Positions 45,585-54,332 of a stretch of 64,000 nucleotides of DNA are shown one piece after another (the stretch's first letter is position 1; every line of letters starts with the position of its first letter). Below the pieces are notes generated by a model. It saw only the letters and a list, made by a program, of their open reading frames with translations. It made no database searches and had not been told where the DNA came from. Both the position numbers and the translations under genes were made by a program. The DNA lies in contig JACQHJ010000009.1 of assembly GCA_016199085.1 (NCBI GenBank), forward strand, positions 41,667 through 105,666, in the 5' to 3' direction. The DNA comes from Candidatus Levyibacteriota bacterium. Lineage in GTDB: Bacteria; Patescibacteriota; Microgenomatia; Levybacterales; UBA12049.

Positions 45585-45860
45585 TTAATCTAAATGAAAC
45601 TTCTTTATTATAACTCATCTTTTAAATTCCGCTAAGCAAATCGAGCTTAGTCCAAAACCAAAATCAATATTATTCTCAATATACCTAAACCAAAGAAATA
45701 ATATTCTTGAGATCAATAAGTTCAGAATATTTTTATTGCTCTTTGTTCTTATTCTGCTATTTTAGCATATTTTTGTATCTTATAAACGCTAACAAGAAAT
45801 ATAAAATATTAACTTTATCAACATCCAAATAATTGATATAATAAAGCAATAACTATTTTT

Positions 45861-46787
45861 ATGAAACAGTCAATGTATAGATGGTATTTCTTATTTTTTT
45901 CCTTCTCTATTATACTGATTTTTATTTCACTTATGTCTTTCGGCACTTTATTACATTCCAAGGATTTAAGATTAAACAATTGGGAAACAGAATCAAATCT
46001 ACCGGTAATTGGCATTAATGAGCAATATGACTTTGTTCTCTTAGGATCATCTCATGCAAGAACCTTGTCTAGATCAAACAACCATCTAAGGGTGGAAAAA
46101 ATTCTTGGGAAAAAATTTCTGAATCTTTCCCAAGGCGGAGATAAAACAGGAGCCGTATTGGATCAGCAAACATATTTAAATTATTTTTATCAGCGTGGAA
46201 ACTCTGCAAAAATGTTGGTATATTTTGTTGACCCCTACATATTTTTTAATAAAAGCTTGGACTATAATGCAGACCCTTATTTAAATGAGCCATTTAGATT
46301 AGACTTTCTTTCTAGACTGTTAATTGATAGACCCAAAAATCCTCAAGCGTTAGAAAAATACATAAAGAAAATATTTGAGACTCGAACAATAGCTCACTAC
46401 CCTGTATTTGAAAAACCTTTAGAGAGTACGATCGTAGCATCAATCTCTGCCGTTGACGCAAAAAACAGATTTAATACCTTATATAAATCTTCATATAATA
46501 AGAACTATTTTAACAACGTTTTGACTGCTTTAATACAAACATTAAATATTGGTAATAAACATAACGCAAAAATTATTATGATTGTTCCACCTACGCTTCT
46601 TCCTGAAAACGAGAATGATCATTATGCATATGAGTCTCTAAATTATGAAAGCAAGAGGATGGGCTTTGAATATTATAACTATTCTAAAGCAATTCGTGAA
46701 AAGAATTTATATTACAACATTGATCATCTCAATACCGAAGGGGTAATTTTTTTTACAGAAACACTCTTAAAGCCAATACTTAGGTGA
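45861..46787 (+). CDS. Membrane-anchored SGNH-like protein (AlgJ/DltD-like)
   Basis: N-terminal TM, LLGSSH, NLS.GG, YYNIDHLN..G. Confidence 0.7.
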   Translation: MKQSMYRWYFLFFSFSIILIFISLMSFGTLLHSKDLRLNNWETESNLPVIGINEQYDFVLLGSSHARTLSRSNNHLRVEKILGKKFLNLSQGGDKTGAVLDQQTYLNYFYQRGNSAKMLVYFVDPYIFFNKSLDYNADPYLNEPFRLDFLSRLLIDRPKNPQALEKYIKKIFETRTIAHYPVFEKPLESTIVASISAVDAKNRFNTLYKSSYNKNYFNNVLTALIQTLNIGNKHNAKIIMIVPPTLLPENENDHYAYESLNYESKRMGFEYYNYSKAIREKNLYYNIDHLNTEGVIFFTETLLKPILR

Positions 46788-46831
46788 GATACTGTTATTA
46801 TCTTAACGGTTTTAATATTATATAACTTAAT

Positions 46832-47587
46832 ATGAATAAAATAGGTTTTAAAGAATCGAGAATATCTGAAAAACATTATTTTGAATGGAGAAAAAACCGC
46901 GCACAATCCGCTGTGAATCGAATAAGCGGAAATTATGAGTTAAAAAATAAGGTTACCTTAGACATTGGTTGTGGTTATGGCGCGCTTAGCTCTATCCTAC
47001 TCTCTAAAGGAGCAAAGGTTTATGCTACGGAAACAGACAAAAGTAAATTAGACTCAGCGGAGAAATTAATTAAAGGCAACAAAAAAAATATTAAGTATTT
47101 ACACGTAAAAAATGAAATATTACCTTTTAAAGATAAATTCTTCGAGGTTATTTTTTTATTCGATGTTATTGAACATGTAAAAAAACCCGAGATAATGATT
47201 GAGGAATGTGAACGAATACTAAAACCAGAAGGACTACTTTATGTTGAATTTACACCTTATTATTCTATAACCGGTCACCATTTATATGACTACACCAAAT
47301 TACCGATCCACGCACTACCTAAGAGTTTGATTAAAAAAATTGTATTTTCAAAAAAAGCTAAAAGCTTTATGACGCAAGAATATTACTGGGAACAATTCGA
47401 ATCGCTAAATAAGCTTAGAATTGAGAAGTTTCAAAAAATGGTAGAGAAGGATTTTATTAAAGTAAATGAAAGGTTCATAATAAAATATCCCGAACTTTTC
47501 GAAATTAATTTGGGATTTATAAATTATTTCGGTTTTTTCAAAGATTATCTTACAATGAGCTACGAAGGACTATTTAAAAAAACATGA
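46832..47587 (+). CDS. Class I SAM-dependent methyltransferase
   Basis: LDIGCGYG, LPFKD..F, DVIEH, RILKPEG. Confidence 0.9.
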   Translation: MNKIGFKESRISEKHYFEWRKNRAQSAVNRISGNYELKNKVTLDIGCGYGALSSILLSKGAKVYATETDKSKLDSAEKLIKGNKKNIKYLHVKNEILPFKDKFFEVIFLFDVIEHVKKPEIMIEECERILKPEGLLYVEFTPYYSITGHHLYDYTKLPIHALPKSLIKKIVFSKKAKSFMTQEYYWEQFESLNKLRIEKFQKMVEKDFIKVNERFIIKYPELFEINLGFINYFGFFKDYLTMSYEGLFKKT

Positions 47588-47865
47588 ATTATTTTATTGA
47601 ACAGCTTACTGACCCTTGGGTTCTATTTGGCTTCTTTGCGCAGTTTTTATTCTTTCTTAGATTTGTCGTGCAATGGATTGCTTCTGAAAAGGAAAAGAAA
47701 AGCATTATTCCAATTTCGTTCTGGTATCTGGGGATTGCGGGATCTTTAATGATATTAATCTACTCGATAAATAGAAAAGATATTGTGTTTATAATAGGCT
47801 CTATTCTCAGCACTTTGATATACTTGCGTAACATCATACTAGTAAAGAGAATTAATATTGACTAA
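47584..47865 (+). CDS. LAB_N-domain (lipid-A-disaccharide synthase N-terminal-like) small membrane protein
   Basis: GF.AQ..F..RF.VQW..SE..K.S.IP..FW...I.G....IY...R.D.VF.......IYLRN. Confidence 0.85.
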   Translation: MNYFIEQLTDPWVLFGFFAQFLFFLRFVVQWIASEKEKKSIIPISFWYLGIAGSLMILIYSINRKDIVFIIGSILSTLIYLRNIILVKRINID

Positions 47866-47866
47866 A

Positions 47867-48064
47867 TTAACTGAGCTTCCAAACCCTAATTGATTCTTCC
47901 CATAAAACAATTGAAGCACGAATAAGAAAGAAGAAGTGAAATATAAAAAATAGTGTTAAAAGTCTTAGATCAATTGTAAAATGCATATTGGGACTTAATT
48001 GTAAAACCCATATTCCATCTAAATGTAATAAGAACATAGATAAATAGCAATAAACTTATGCTTT
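47867..48064 (-). pseudogene. C-terminal fragment of a third GT87-like paralogue with an in-frame stop
   Basis: Manual translation KA*VYCYLSMFLLHLDGIWVLQLSPNMHFTIDLRLLTLFFIFHFFFLIRAS versus paralogue B KAKFYCYLSMIFLVLGGLWIVNLSPSIKGIIDARLMNIFIIFHFIFLIKSS. Confidence 0.85.
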
Positions 48065-48212
48065 TTTTTTCGAAACATTCTTTAAAATGAGTTTATATAA
48101 GTTTTTGTTCCTAAAATCAAAATTCAAGCCACCTAAGCTCAAATTAAATTTTTCAAGATTAAAAGGTGCACTTGACATAAGGCAAGATCCTAGAGGGTAA
48201 GAAGGGAATAAA

Positions 48213-48995
48213 CTATTTTATCCTTTTCCTCAACATCTCTATTCTATTATCATCTTCGATATTGATAGCGGAATAATAATTTTTTTTATTTTGGAGCCAA
48301 AGCAGTTCAAACATATTAGCTTTAATAATTCCTCTCTCTACCTTTTTGAAATTACTAGGCACGTTGAATACTATTTTTCTGGTCTCAAAACGGTCTAGAA
48401 GTTTTTTAGATACAAGTTTTTTAATAAATGGAATTGCTTCAACCGCAATACCCCCACCCATAGTAGTCCTTAAACCCTTTTTCTTTGCCAAAGTAAACAT
48501 TGACTGTGCAATTTCATACAATTGGTCACAATTAATGTCATCCCTCCCCAGTCCCAACGATCCTGACATATCTACTCTTCCCAACGTAACAGTATCAATG
48601 AGGCGTATCAACTTAACGCTTAATATTTCTTTGAGATTTTGAAATCCTTGGTATGTTTCAATATTTACTCCAAAATGTATTTCTTTTTTTAAATCCTCCG
48701 GAAAATGTTTTTTAATTGCCTCCAAATATTTTGTCATTGCATATGGACTTTCAATCATAGGAGCAATAAGACCCGTCACCCCAATATGCTGTGCCTCAAA
48801 CATATCTGTTATTGCTTCTGCGCCACCTATTTTTATGACTAATCCTAATCCTGCTCGGTCTGCAACTTCTTTTAAGCGCATCAACTCATTCATCCTTACC
48901 GCTTCGGTTTCAAACTCAGCTTTTAATTCCACTACTTTATGGTTTTCTCTGAGGTCAATAAGAAGTTTTACCATTTTATTTTCTAACGTATTCAC
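48213..48995 (-). CDS. HpcH/HpaI aldolase / citrate-lyase family protein
   Basis: KAEFE.E, KIGG.EA..D, APMIES, NIET, GRVDM. GTG start 48995 preferred (TATAAT 6 nt upstream); ORF track gives 49013. Confidence 0.8.
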   Translation of the reverse strand: MNTLENKMVKLLIDLRENHKVVELKAEFETEAVRMNELMRLKEVADRAGLGLVIKIGGAEAITDMFEAQHIGVTGLIAPMIESPYAMTKYLEAIKKHFPEDLKKEIHFGVNIETYQGFQNLKEILSVKLIRLIDTVTLGRVDMSGSLGLGRDDINCDQLYEIAQSMFTLAKKKGLRTTMGGGIAVEAIPFIKKLVSKKLLDRFETRKIVFNVPSNFKKVERGIIKANMFELLWLQNKKNYYSAINIEDDNRIEMLRKRIK

Positions 48996-49002
48996 AGTTT
49001 TA

Positions 49003-50085
49003 TTATACACCAATTATTTTTCTCAACTCTACCAAACTCGACTCGTATTCGTCAATACCTAGATTATTAATCTTAATAAGTGAAAAGTTTTTTTGCGGAA
49101 GGACGAGCACTAAGTCATTACCAATCCTTTTTTTATCTTTTTTCATATTTTCTAATATTAAGTCTTTGTCAAAATATCTTTTTTTAATATTGACTACATC
49201 TCTGGGAATATTGGGAACTAGCAAATGTTTATTTAAATCATCAAAAACTTTTTTATCAATTAATCCTCTTTTAAGAGAAACTACGTTTGCAAATATAATA
49301 CCAATTAAAATAGCCACTCCATGGGGAATCCTAAATGATGATGCAGGCTCAAGCGCATGTCCAAATTCATGTCCATAATTTAAAAGATTTCTTCTTCCCG
49401 TGTCAAACTCGTCTCCTTCCATATAGCTTAGTTTGATCTTCATGCCTTCTTCAATTATATTAAGTATTTCCTGTCTATTTTTATTGTTTTTTAACTTTTC
49501 TATTTTTTTTAATGTATTATCCAAATCCGAAATGGCATTTCCCTTCATTAAGTAAAATTTAATAATTTCTCCTACTCCACTGAAATAGTTTAATTTAGGA
49601 AGTGTTTTTAAAAAATCCACATTAATAATAATTTTTGATGGGGGATAGAAAGTACCTAATACGTTTTTATATGATTTGAAATTAAGAGAAGTCTTAAGAC
49701 CTATTGCGCTATCTGCCATCGCCAATAACGTGGTTGGGACATAAATCCAATTAATCCCTCTATATAAAGTAGAGGAAACAAATCCAACAACATCTTGGCT
49801 TATTCCTCCCCCAAAAGAAATAATAGTCAAATTTTTTTTTGCCGTTTGCTCTAGCAGTTTTTCATATACCTTCATTACTGTTTTTATAGTTTTGTTTTGT
49901 TCACCCAGCTTTACAATTATTAACTTATCTTTAGGAAATTTATTAAAAATACTTTTTTTGTAAAAAGCGTATACATTTGATCCTACAATAACGATATAGT
50001 GTTCTATCTGGAGAAATTCGTTTATAAAATTAAAATCTTTTGCAAATATAACTTCAAAATCCTTAATTTTTGACTTAATCTTCAT
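49003..50085 (-). CDS. AroB (3-dehydroquinate synthase)-related sugar-phosphate phospho-lyase/cyclase
   Basis: E..KT, GGG...D..GF, PTTLLA..DS..G.KT..N, KN.LG.F, GE..K, R..LNYGH.FGHALE, HG.A. Confidence 0.85.
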   Translation of the reverse strand: MKIKSKIKDFEVIFAKDFNFINEFLQIEHYIVIVGSNVYAFYKKSIFNKFPKDKLIIVKLGEQNKTIKTVMKVYEKLLEQTAKKNLTIISFGGGISQDVVGFVSSTLYRGINWIYVPTTLLAMADSAIGLKTSLNFKSYKNVLGTFYPPSKIIINVDFLKTLPKLNYFSGVGEIIKFYLMKGNAISDLDNTLKKIEKLKNNKNRQEILNIIEEGMKIKLSYMEGDEFDTGRRNLLNYGHEFGHALEPASSFRIPHGVAILIGIIFANVVSLKRGLIDKKVFDDLNKHLLVPNIPRDVVNIKKRYFDKDLILENMKKDKKRIGNDLVLVLPQKNFSLIKINNLGIDEYESSLVELRKIIGV

Positions 50086-50087
50086 AT

Positions 50088-50753
50088 TTATTTACAAATA
50101 AAGCCTCCGTCAATTACGATGTTTGCTCCCGTAATATAGGTATTCTCTTCGGCAATGAGAAAAGCCACTAGATTTGCAATCTCCTCTGGCTCTGCTAGTC
50201 TTCCCATGGGAATATCTGAGGCTATGGCTGCTATTTTTTCAGGAGGATTTACTTTAATCAAATCTGTGTTCGTAAACCCAGGAGAAACAGAATTTACAAG
50301 AATATTATAGGGAGCAAGTTCTAGGGCCAAAGATTGAGTTACTCCGTTTATGCCATGTTTTGTTGCGGAATATAAAACTTGTTTTCCACGGGCAATCACC
50401 CCAAAAATAGAACTTATATTAACGATCCTTCCCCATTTATCCTTTTTCATGCTTCCAACAAATCCTCTAATTAATTTTATTGGGGCGATAAGATTTACTT
50501 GAATAGTCTCATTTATATTTTCATCAGACAGTTCATCAATCCACTGAGGATGGTTTATTCCCGCATTGTTAATAATAATATTAATTTTTTCTTTTTTGTA
50601 CTTTTTAATAAAATTATCAATAGAGTTGTCGTTTGATAAGTTAAGTTCTTCCCTATCTGGAGAAATAATTTTATATTTTTTTTCCAGCTTATTTTTAATT
50701 GCTTTTCCGATTCCCCTTGAAGAACCTGTTAACAAAATAATCTTTTTCATCAT
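50088..50753 (-). CDS. Classical short-chain dehydrogenase/reductase
   Basis: TGSSRGIG, NNAG, NISS, YSATK, NSVSPG, DGG. Confidence 0.9.
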   Translation of the reverse strand: MMKKIILLTGSSRGIGKAIKNKLEKKYKIISPDREELNLSNDNSIDNFIKKYKKEKINIIINNAGINHPQWIDELSDENINETIQVNLIAPIKLIRGFVGSMKKDKWGRIVNISSIFGVIARGKQVLYSATKHGINGVTQSLALELAPYNILVNSVSPGFTNTDLIKVNPPEKIAAIASDIPMGRLAEPEEIANLVAFLIAEENTYITGANIVIDGGFICK

Positions 50754-51620
50754 TTAAGCAATAAGCACCCCCCAATCAGCGCAAAATTTTTCCACCCCTT
50801 TTTTTGTCAACTCATTTTCCAAACGCGTCTTTCTCCAATCTTTAGGAAAATTAAGTAAGTCAATGAAGGGAATAGTTTCTAGCTCAGTTTTATAAATATA
50901 TGAGCTACCTGGAATAGGACACCCCTTTTCTGCCCACTCTGATAAAACTGAAAAAGGCGCTGTTATAATATCGCATTCAAGACTTAAAGAAGACAAAAAA
51001 TGAGGCAAATTGCGTACACTTGCCGCTAAAACCTCTACGTGGTTATTTTTATCTTTTCTATAGCTTTTTAAAATATTTGAAATTAGGCTTATTCCATTTT
51101 GCCCAACATCATCAAGTCTTCCAATAAAGGGCGATATTAAAACTGCTCCCTTACTTGCGCCCTTCGTTGCAAGAAACACGGCGGCTGCCTGCTCTTGAGT
51201 AAAACATAAAGTCATATTTATCCTCATTCCATCTTGCGCCGCTTGATGCGCTGCCACAAGACCTTCTTTTATAATTGGGAGTTTTATATGAGCATTTGGA
51301 ATCCAAGAAAACATTTCTTCTGCTTCTTTAAGCATTTGGGAAGATGTTGTTTCAAAATCTGCGTATACCTCAACTGACACGGAGCCTTGGGGAATAAGTT
51401 TTGAGATTTCTTGAATTACATCTTTGTAAAATGCATATATTTCTTTTTTTGTGAATTTCTTCCCTTTCTTAATCATCTCAACGGCTTTAGGATTTTTGGC
51501 TATTAGAGTTGGATTAGTTGTTTGTCCGTCTAGAAATCCAAGTATTTTAATTATTTTTTTAGTTTCAATAGGATCACCGCTATCGAGAAAGATTTTAGTT
51601 TTTAAATCTTTTGGTCTCAT
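50754..51620 (-). CDS. tal: Transaldolase
   Basis: FLDS, TTNPTLI, VSVEV, IKLP Schiff-base lysine, NMTLCF..EQ, SPFIGRLDD, LAASVR. Confidence 0.88.
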   Translation of the reverse strand: MRPKDLKTKIFLDSGDPIETKKIIKILGFLDGQTTNPTLIAKNPKAVEMIKKGKKFTKKEIYAFYKDVIQEISKLIPQGSVSVEVYADFETTSSQMLKEAEEMFSWIPNAHIKLPIIKEGLVAAHQAAQDGMRINMTLCFTQEQAAAVFLATKGASKGAVLISPFIGRLDDVGQNGISLISNILKSYRKDKNNHVEVLAASVRNLPHFLSSLSLECDIITAPFSVLSEWAEKGCPIPGSSYIYKTELETIPFIDLLNFPKDWRKTRLENELTKKGVEKFCADWGVLIA

Positions 51621-51628
51621 TATATAAA

Positions 51629-52486
51629 TTATTTTTTTATTTGTTTTTTATTTTTGGTATACCAATCATATACTTTTTTAATTGCTTCATCAATATTTGT
51701 AAATGATAGGTTTTTGATTTCTTTAAGTAGTCTTGAATTATCGCATGTATATTCATTGCCTAATCCCTTATTTTTAATAATTATTTTAGATTTATCTCTT
51801 GCAATTCTGTTAATTTTTTTAGCAAGTTTAGCTATATTGATAGGTTTTCCTGTTCCGATATTGTAGAATTTGTATTCTCCGTCATTCTCAATAAAATATT
51901 CTACAATTTTTAAAAAATCTTCAATATAAAGATAATCAAAATAAACATCCTTATTAATCGTTATCGGTAATCCAAAGATATTTCTACAGATTGCATTGGA
52001 AATAAACCTGTACCTATAATCCTCATATTTTCCAAATAACCCAAATATTCTTAAGCTAACTATTCCCTCCGTATTCTCTATATATTTTGAACAAAGATAT
52101 TTGTAGTACCCGTAATCATCTACAGGGACCCTTTTATCAAAATCTTCTTCTTTTATCTTTCTTATTGGAAACCTTTTATCATATTCCGCACCAGATCCTA
52201 AATGTATCATTTTTTTAAAATATTTCTTATTTCTTACGATATTAAAAAACATTCGTAAGCTCTCATAAAACATCTTGTTCTCCTGCTCTTCCTGACGACT
52301 ACCACCTACCACAGCAGCATGAATAACTACATCAATATTTTTTTTCCTAAAAAAATTTTCTACTGCAATTTCATCGAGAAGATCTAGCTCTTTATGTTTA
52401 GGGATATAAAGTCTATATTTTGTCTCCAATCGTTCTTTTAAATTCCTTCCAATATAACCACTTGCACCTGTAATTAAAATGTTCAT
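51629..52486 (-). CDS. Extended-SDR NAD-dependent nucleotide-sugar reductase/epimerase (YerF-like position)
   Basis: TGASGYIG, GSGAEY, YGYYK, LRIFG.FG. Confidence 0.85.
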   Translation of the reverse strand: MNILITGASGYIGRNLKERLETKYRLYIPKHKELDLLDEIAVENFFRKKNIDVVIHAAVVGGSRQEEQENKMFYESLRMFFNIVRNKKYFKKMIHLGSGAEYDKRFPIRKIKEEDFDKRVPVDDYGYYKYLCSKYIENTEGIVSLRIFGLFGKYEDYRYRFISNAICRNIFGLPITINKDVYFDYLYIEDFLKIVEYFIENDGEYKFYNIGTGKPINIAKLAKKINRIARDKSKIIIKNKGLGNEYTCDNSRLLKEIKNLSFTNIDEAIKKVYDWYTKNKKQIKK

Positions 52487-52487
52487 T

Positions 52488-54317
52488 TTATGTATTCTCC
52501 CAGGTAGGAATTATCATATTTGCTTTAAATTCATCTCGTGGCAAAAATGGTCCCATATCTTCTAGTGGAGGAGACTCGAATTGACCGTCTGGGGTTCTTC
52601 TTGCCATAAGTTTTGGAGTAAGCATTAGCTCTCGTACTGAATTAATGTCACATACAATGGGACCTGGTTCATTTAAAACTCTTTTTATTTTTTCTTTCAT
52701 ATCGACATGACTATTAATTCTTATTGCCTTAAATCCATAAGCCTTGGCAACTTTTACGAAATCTGGGGAGCTCACTCCAGATTTTGAATTTACCGCAACG
52801 TGCTTTCCCGCAAATAGATTATTCTGCGTATTTTTAATAGAAAGGTATCCGTCGTTGCTATAAATAAAAAGTTTAATTGGAAGGTTATGGTGTTTCATAA
52901 CCTGAAGCTCATGGATATTAAGCTGTAAGCTTCCATCTCCTTCAAAACAAATTACCCTCTTCTTCTTATTCGCAGCAAAAGCAACGCCAATTGCCGCAGG
53001 TAATCCATACCCCATTTGTGCGCAACCATTATTTAAAATGACTCGCTGGTTTGGTTTTACATAAAAAGCTTGATACATACAGTTAAGAGCACCTACCCCA
53101 TCTGAAACAACAATAAGTTCGTTCTTTTTTAAAAGCTTTCCAATTACCTCGATGAAATAATATGGATTCACGTATCGCTTTTTCCTCTTATACTCTGGCA
53201 GCACGACTGGATATTTCTTATTGAGCCTGACTCCGTATGCTAACCAATCTTTTATATTGAGAGCTAGAGGCTTTTTTTTAAGCTGTCTTGTCATTTCTGT
53301 GATAAAGTCTTTTGCGTCAAAGTTAACTCTGAGATCCGGCGAGAGTATAAATTTATTCAATTCCTCCTTATCTATATCTACCATTACTTTATACGCTTTT
53401 CTTGCAAATGCCTTATAGGTAAATCCAATTGTTCGGATGTCAAGGCGCGCTCCAATCGAAAGGAAAAAATCGCTATTTTGAAGAACAAAGTTTGCAGCTC
53501 TTTGGCCAAACGCATGTCCTCGTCCAAAAAAATAGCGATGAGAAGAGGGGATTAGGTCATATCCAGCATAACTCGTAAGTACTGGAATTTTGAGAAGGTC
53601 AACAAGCTTAAGAAACTCTTTTGCTGCTTGAGCAAGTCGTATACCATTTCCTGCGTAAAGGACAGGTCTTTTTGAATTTCTCAAATTTTCAAGGACCTTA
53701 CTCACTTGTTTTTCTAAAAGCTTTTTTTCTGTCTCGTGTGAAAAACCTATTTCATTTGGATTAAATTGCTTAAGTTCTTTTAAATTAATAAAAGACCCTT
53801 GAACATCTAACGGAATATCTATCCATACAGGCCCTGGTCTTCCAGTTTTTGCAAGATATACTGCTTTTTCAAGATGATAACGAATTTCACTTGGATCCAT
53901 TACGGTAACTGCGTATTTGGTTATTGGCTTAACTATATCTACAATATTTATCTCCTGATCTCCAAGCTGCCTCACTCCTTTACTTGCACCTAGAAGCTCT
54001 CGCTTTACCTGTCCTGAAATAACTAGCATGGGAATAGAATCCAACCAAGCGCCAAGCATTCCAGTAATTGCATTTGTGCCACCTGGACCAGTTGTTACAA
54101 CACAAACCCCAATATTTCCTGAGATTCTTGCATAGGCCTCCGCTGCTGTTGCGCATGCTTGTTCATGATAATTGCAGACATATTTTATTTTCCTACTTTT
54201 CCCAATCGAATCAATAAGATGAATATTTCCACCACCTGAAATCAAAAATATATGTTTTACTCCAAGATTTTCAACAAATCGAACAATATAATCTGAGATT
54301 TTTATTTTACTTTCCAT
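52488..54317 (-). CDS. ThDP-dependent acetolactate-synthase-like carboligase (YerE-like)
   Basis: HEQA, TTGPGGTN, GRPGPVWIDIPLD, MGYGLPAAIG, GDGS...N ThDP motif; embedded in a CDP-sugar operon with no ilvN/ilvC nearby. Confidence 0.85.
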   Translation of the reverse strand: MESKIKISDYIVRFVENLGVKHIFLISGGGNIHLIDSIGKSRKIKYVCNYHEQACATAAEAYARISGNIGVCVVTTGPGGTNAITGMLGAWLDSIPMLVISGQVKRELLGASKGVRQLGDQEINIVDIVKPITKYAVTVMDPSEIRYHLEKAVYLAKTGRPGPVWIDIPLDVQGSFINLKELKQFNPNEIGFSHETEKKLLEKQVSKVLENLRNSKRPVLYAGNGIRLAQAAKEFLKLVDLLKIPVLTSYAGYDLIPSSHRYFFGRGHAFGQRAANFVLQNSDFFLSIGARLDIRTIGFTYKAFARKAYKVMVDIDKEELNKFILSPDLRVNFDAKDFITEMTRQLKKKPLALNIKDWLAYGVRLNKKYPVVLPEYKRKKRYVNPYYFIEVIGKLLKKNELIVVSDGVGALNCMYQAFYVKPNQRVILNNGCAQMGYGLPAAIGVAFAANKKKRVICFEGDGSLQLNIHELQVMKHHNLPIKLFIYSNDGYLSIKNTQNNLFAGKHVAVNSKSGVSSPDFVKVAKAYGFKAIRINSHVDMKEKIKRVLNEPGPIVCDINSVRELMLTPKLMARRTPDGQFESPPLEDMGPFLPRDEFKANMIIPTWENT

Positions 54318-54332
54318 ATTTTATATATTCAA

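Noticed and set aside
45632-45650. Short hairpin CTAAGC-N7-GCTTAG as a terminator or ncRNA
   Set aside because: Only a 6-bp stem with no U-tract; insufficient support.
45615-45767. Extended -10 (TGcTAAAAT) followed 6 nt later by an ATA-started 45-codon frame on the minus strand
   Set aside because: It might be a decayed leaderless gene, but there is no recognisable homology and such frames arise by chance in AT-rich DNA.
49003-50085. EEVS-type sedoheptulose-7-P cyclase (mycosporine/gadusol/valiolone pathway)
   Set aside because: The C-terminal motifs look DHQS-like (K...DE...R..LNYGH.FGHA), and no ATP-grasp or pathway-type partner genes are adjacent. Not fully excluded without a phylogeny.
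52488-54317. Acetolactate synthase for branched-chain amino-acid synthesis
   Set aside because: No regulatory subunit or ilvC/ilvD nearby, and it is tightly embedded among CDP-sugar genes.
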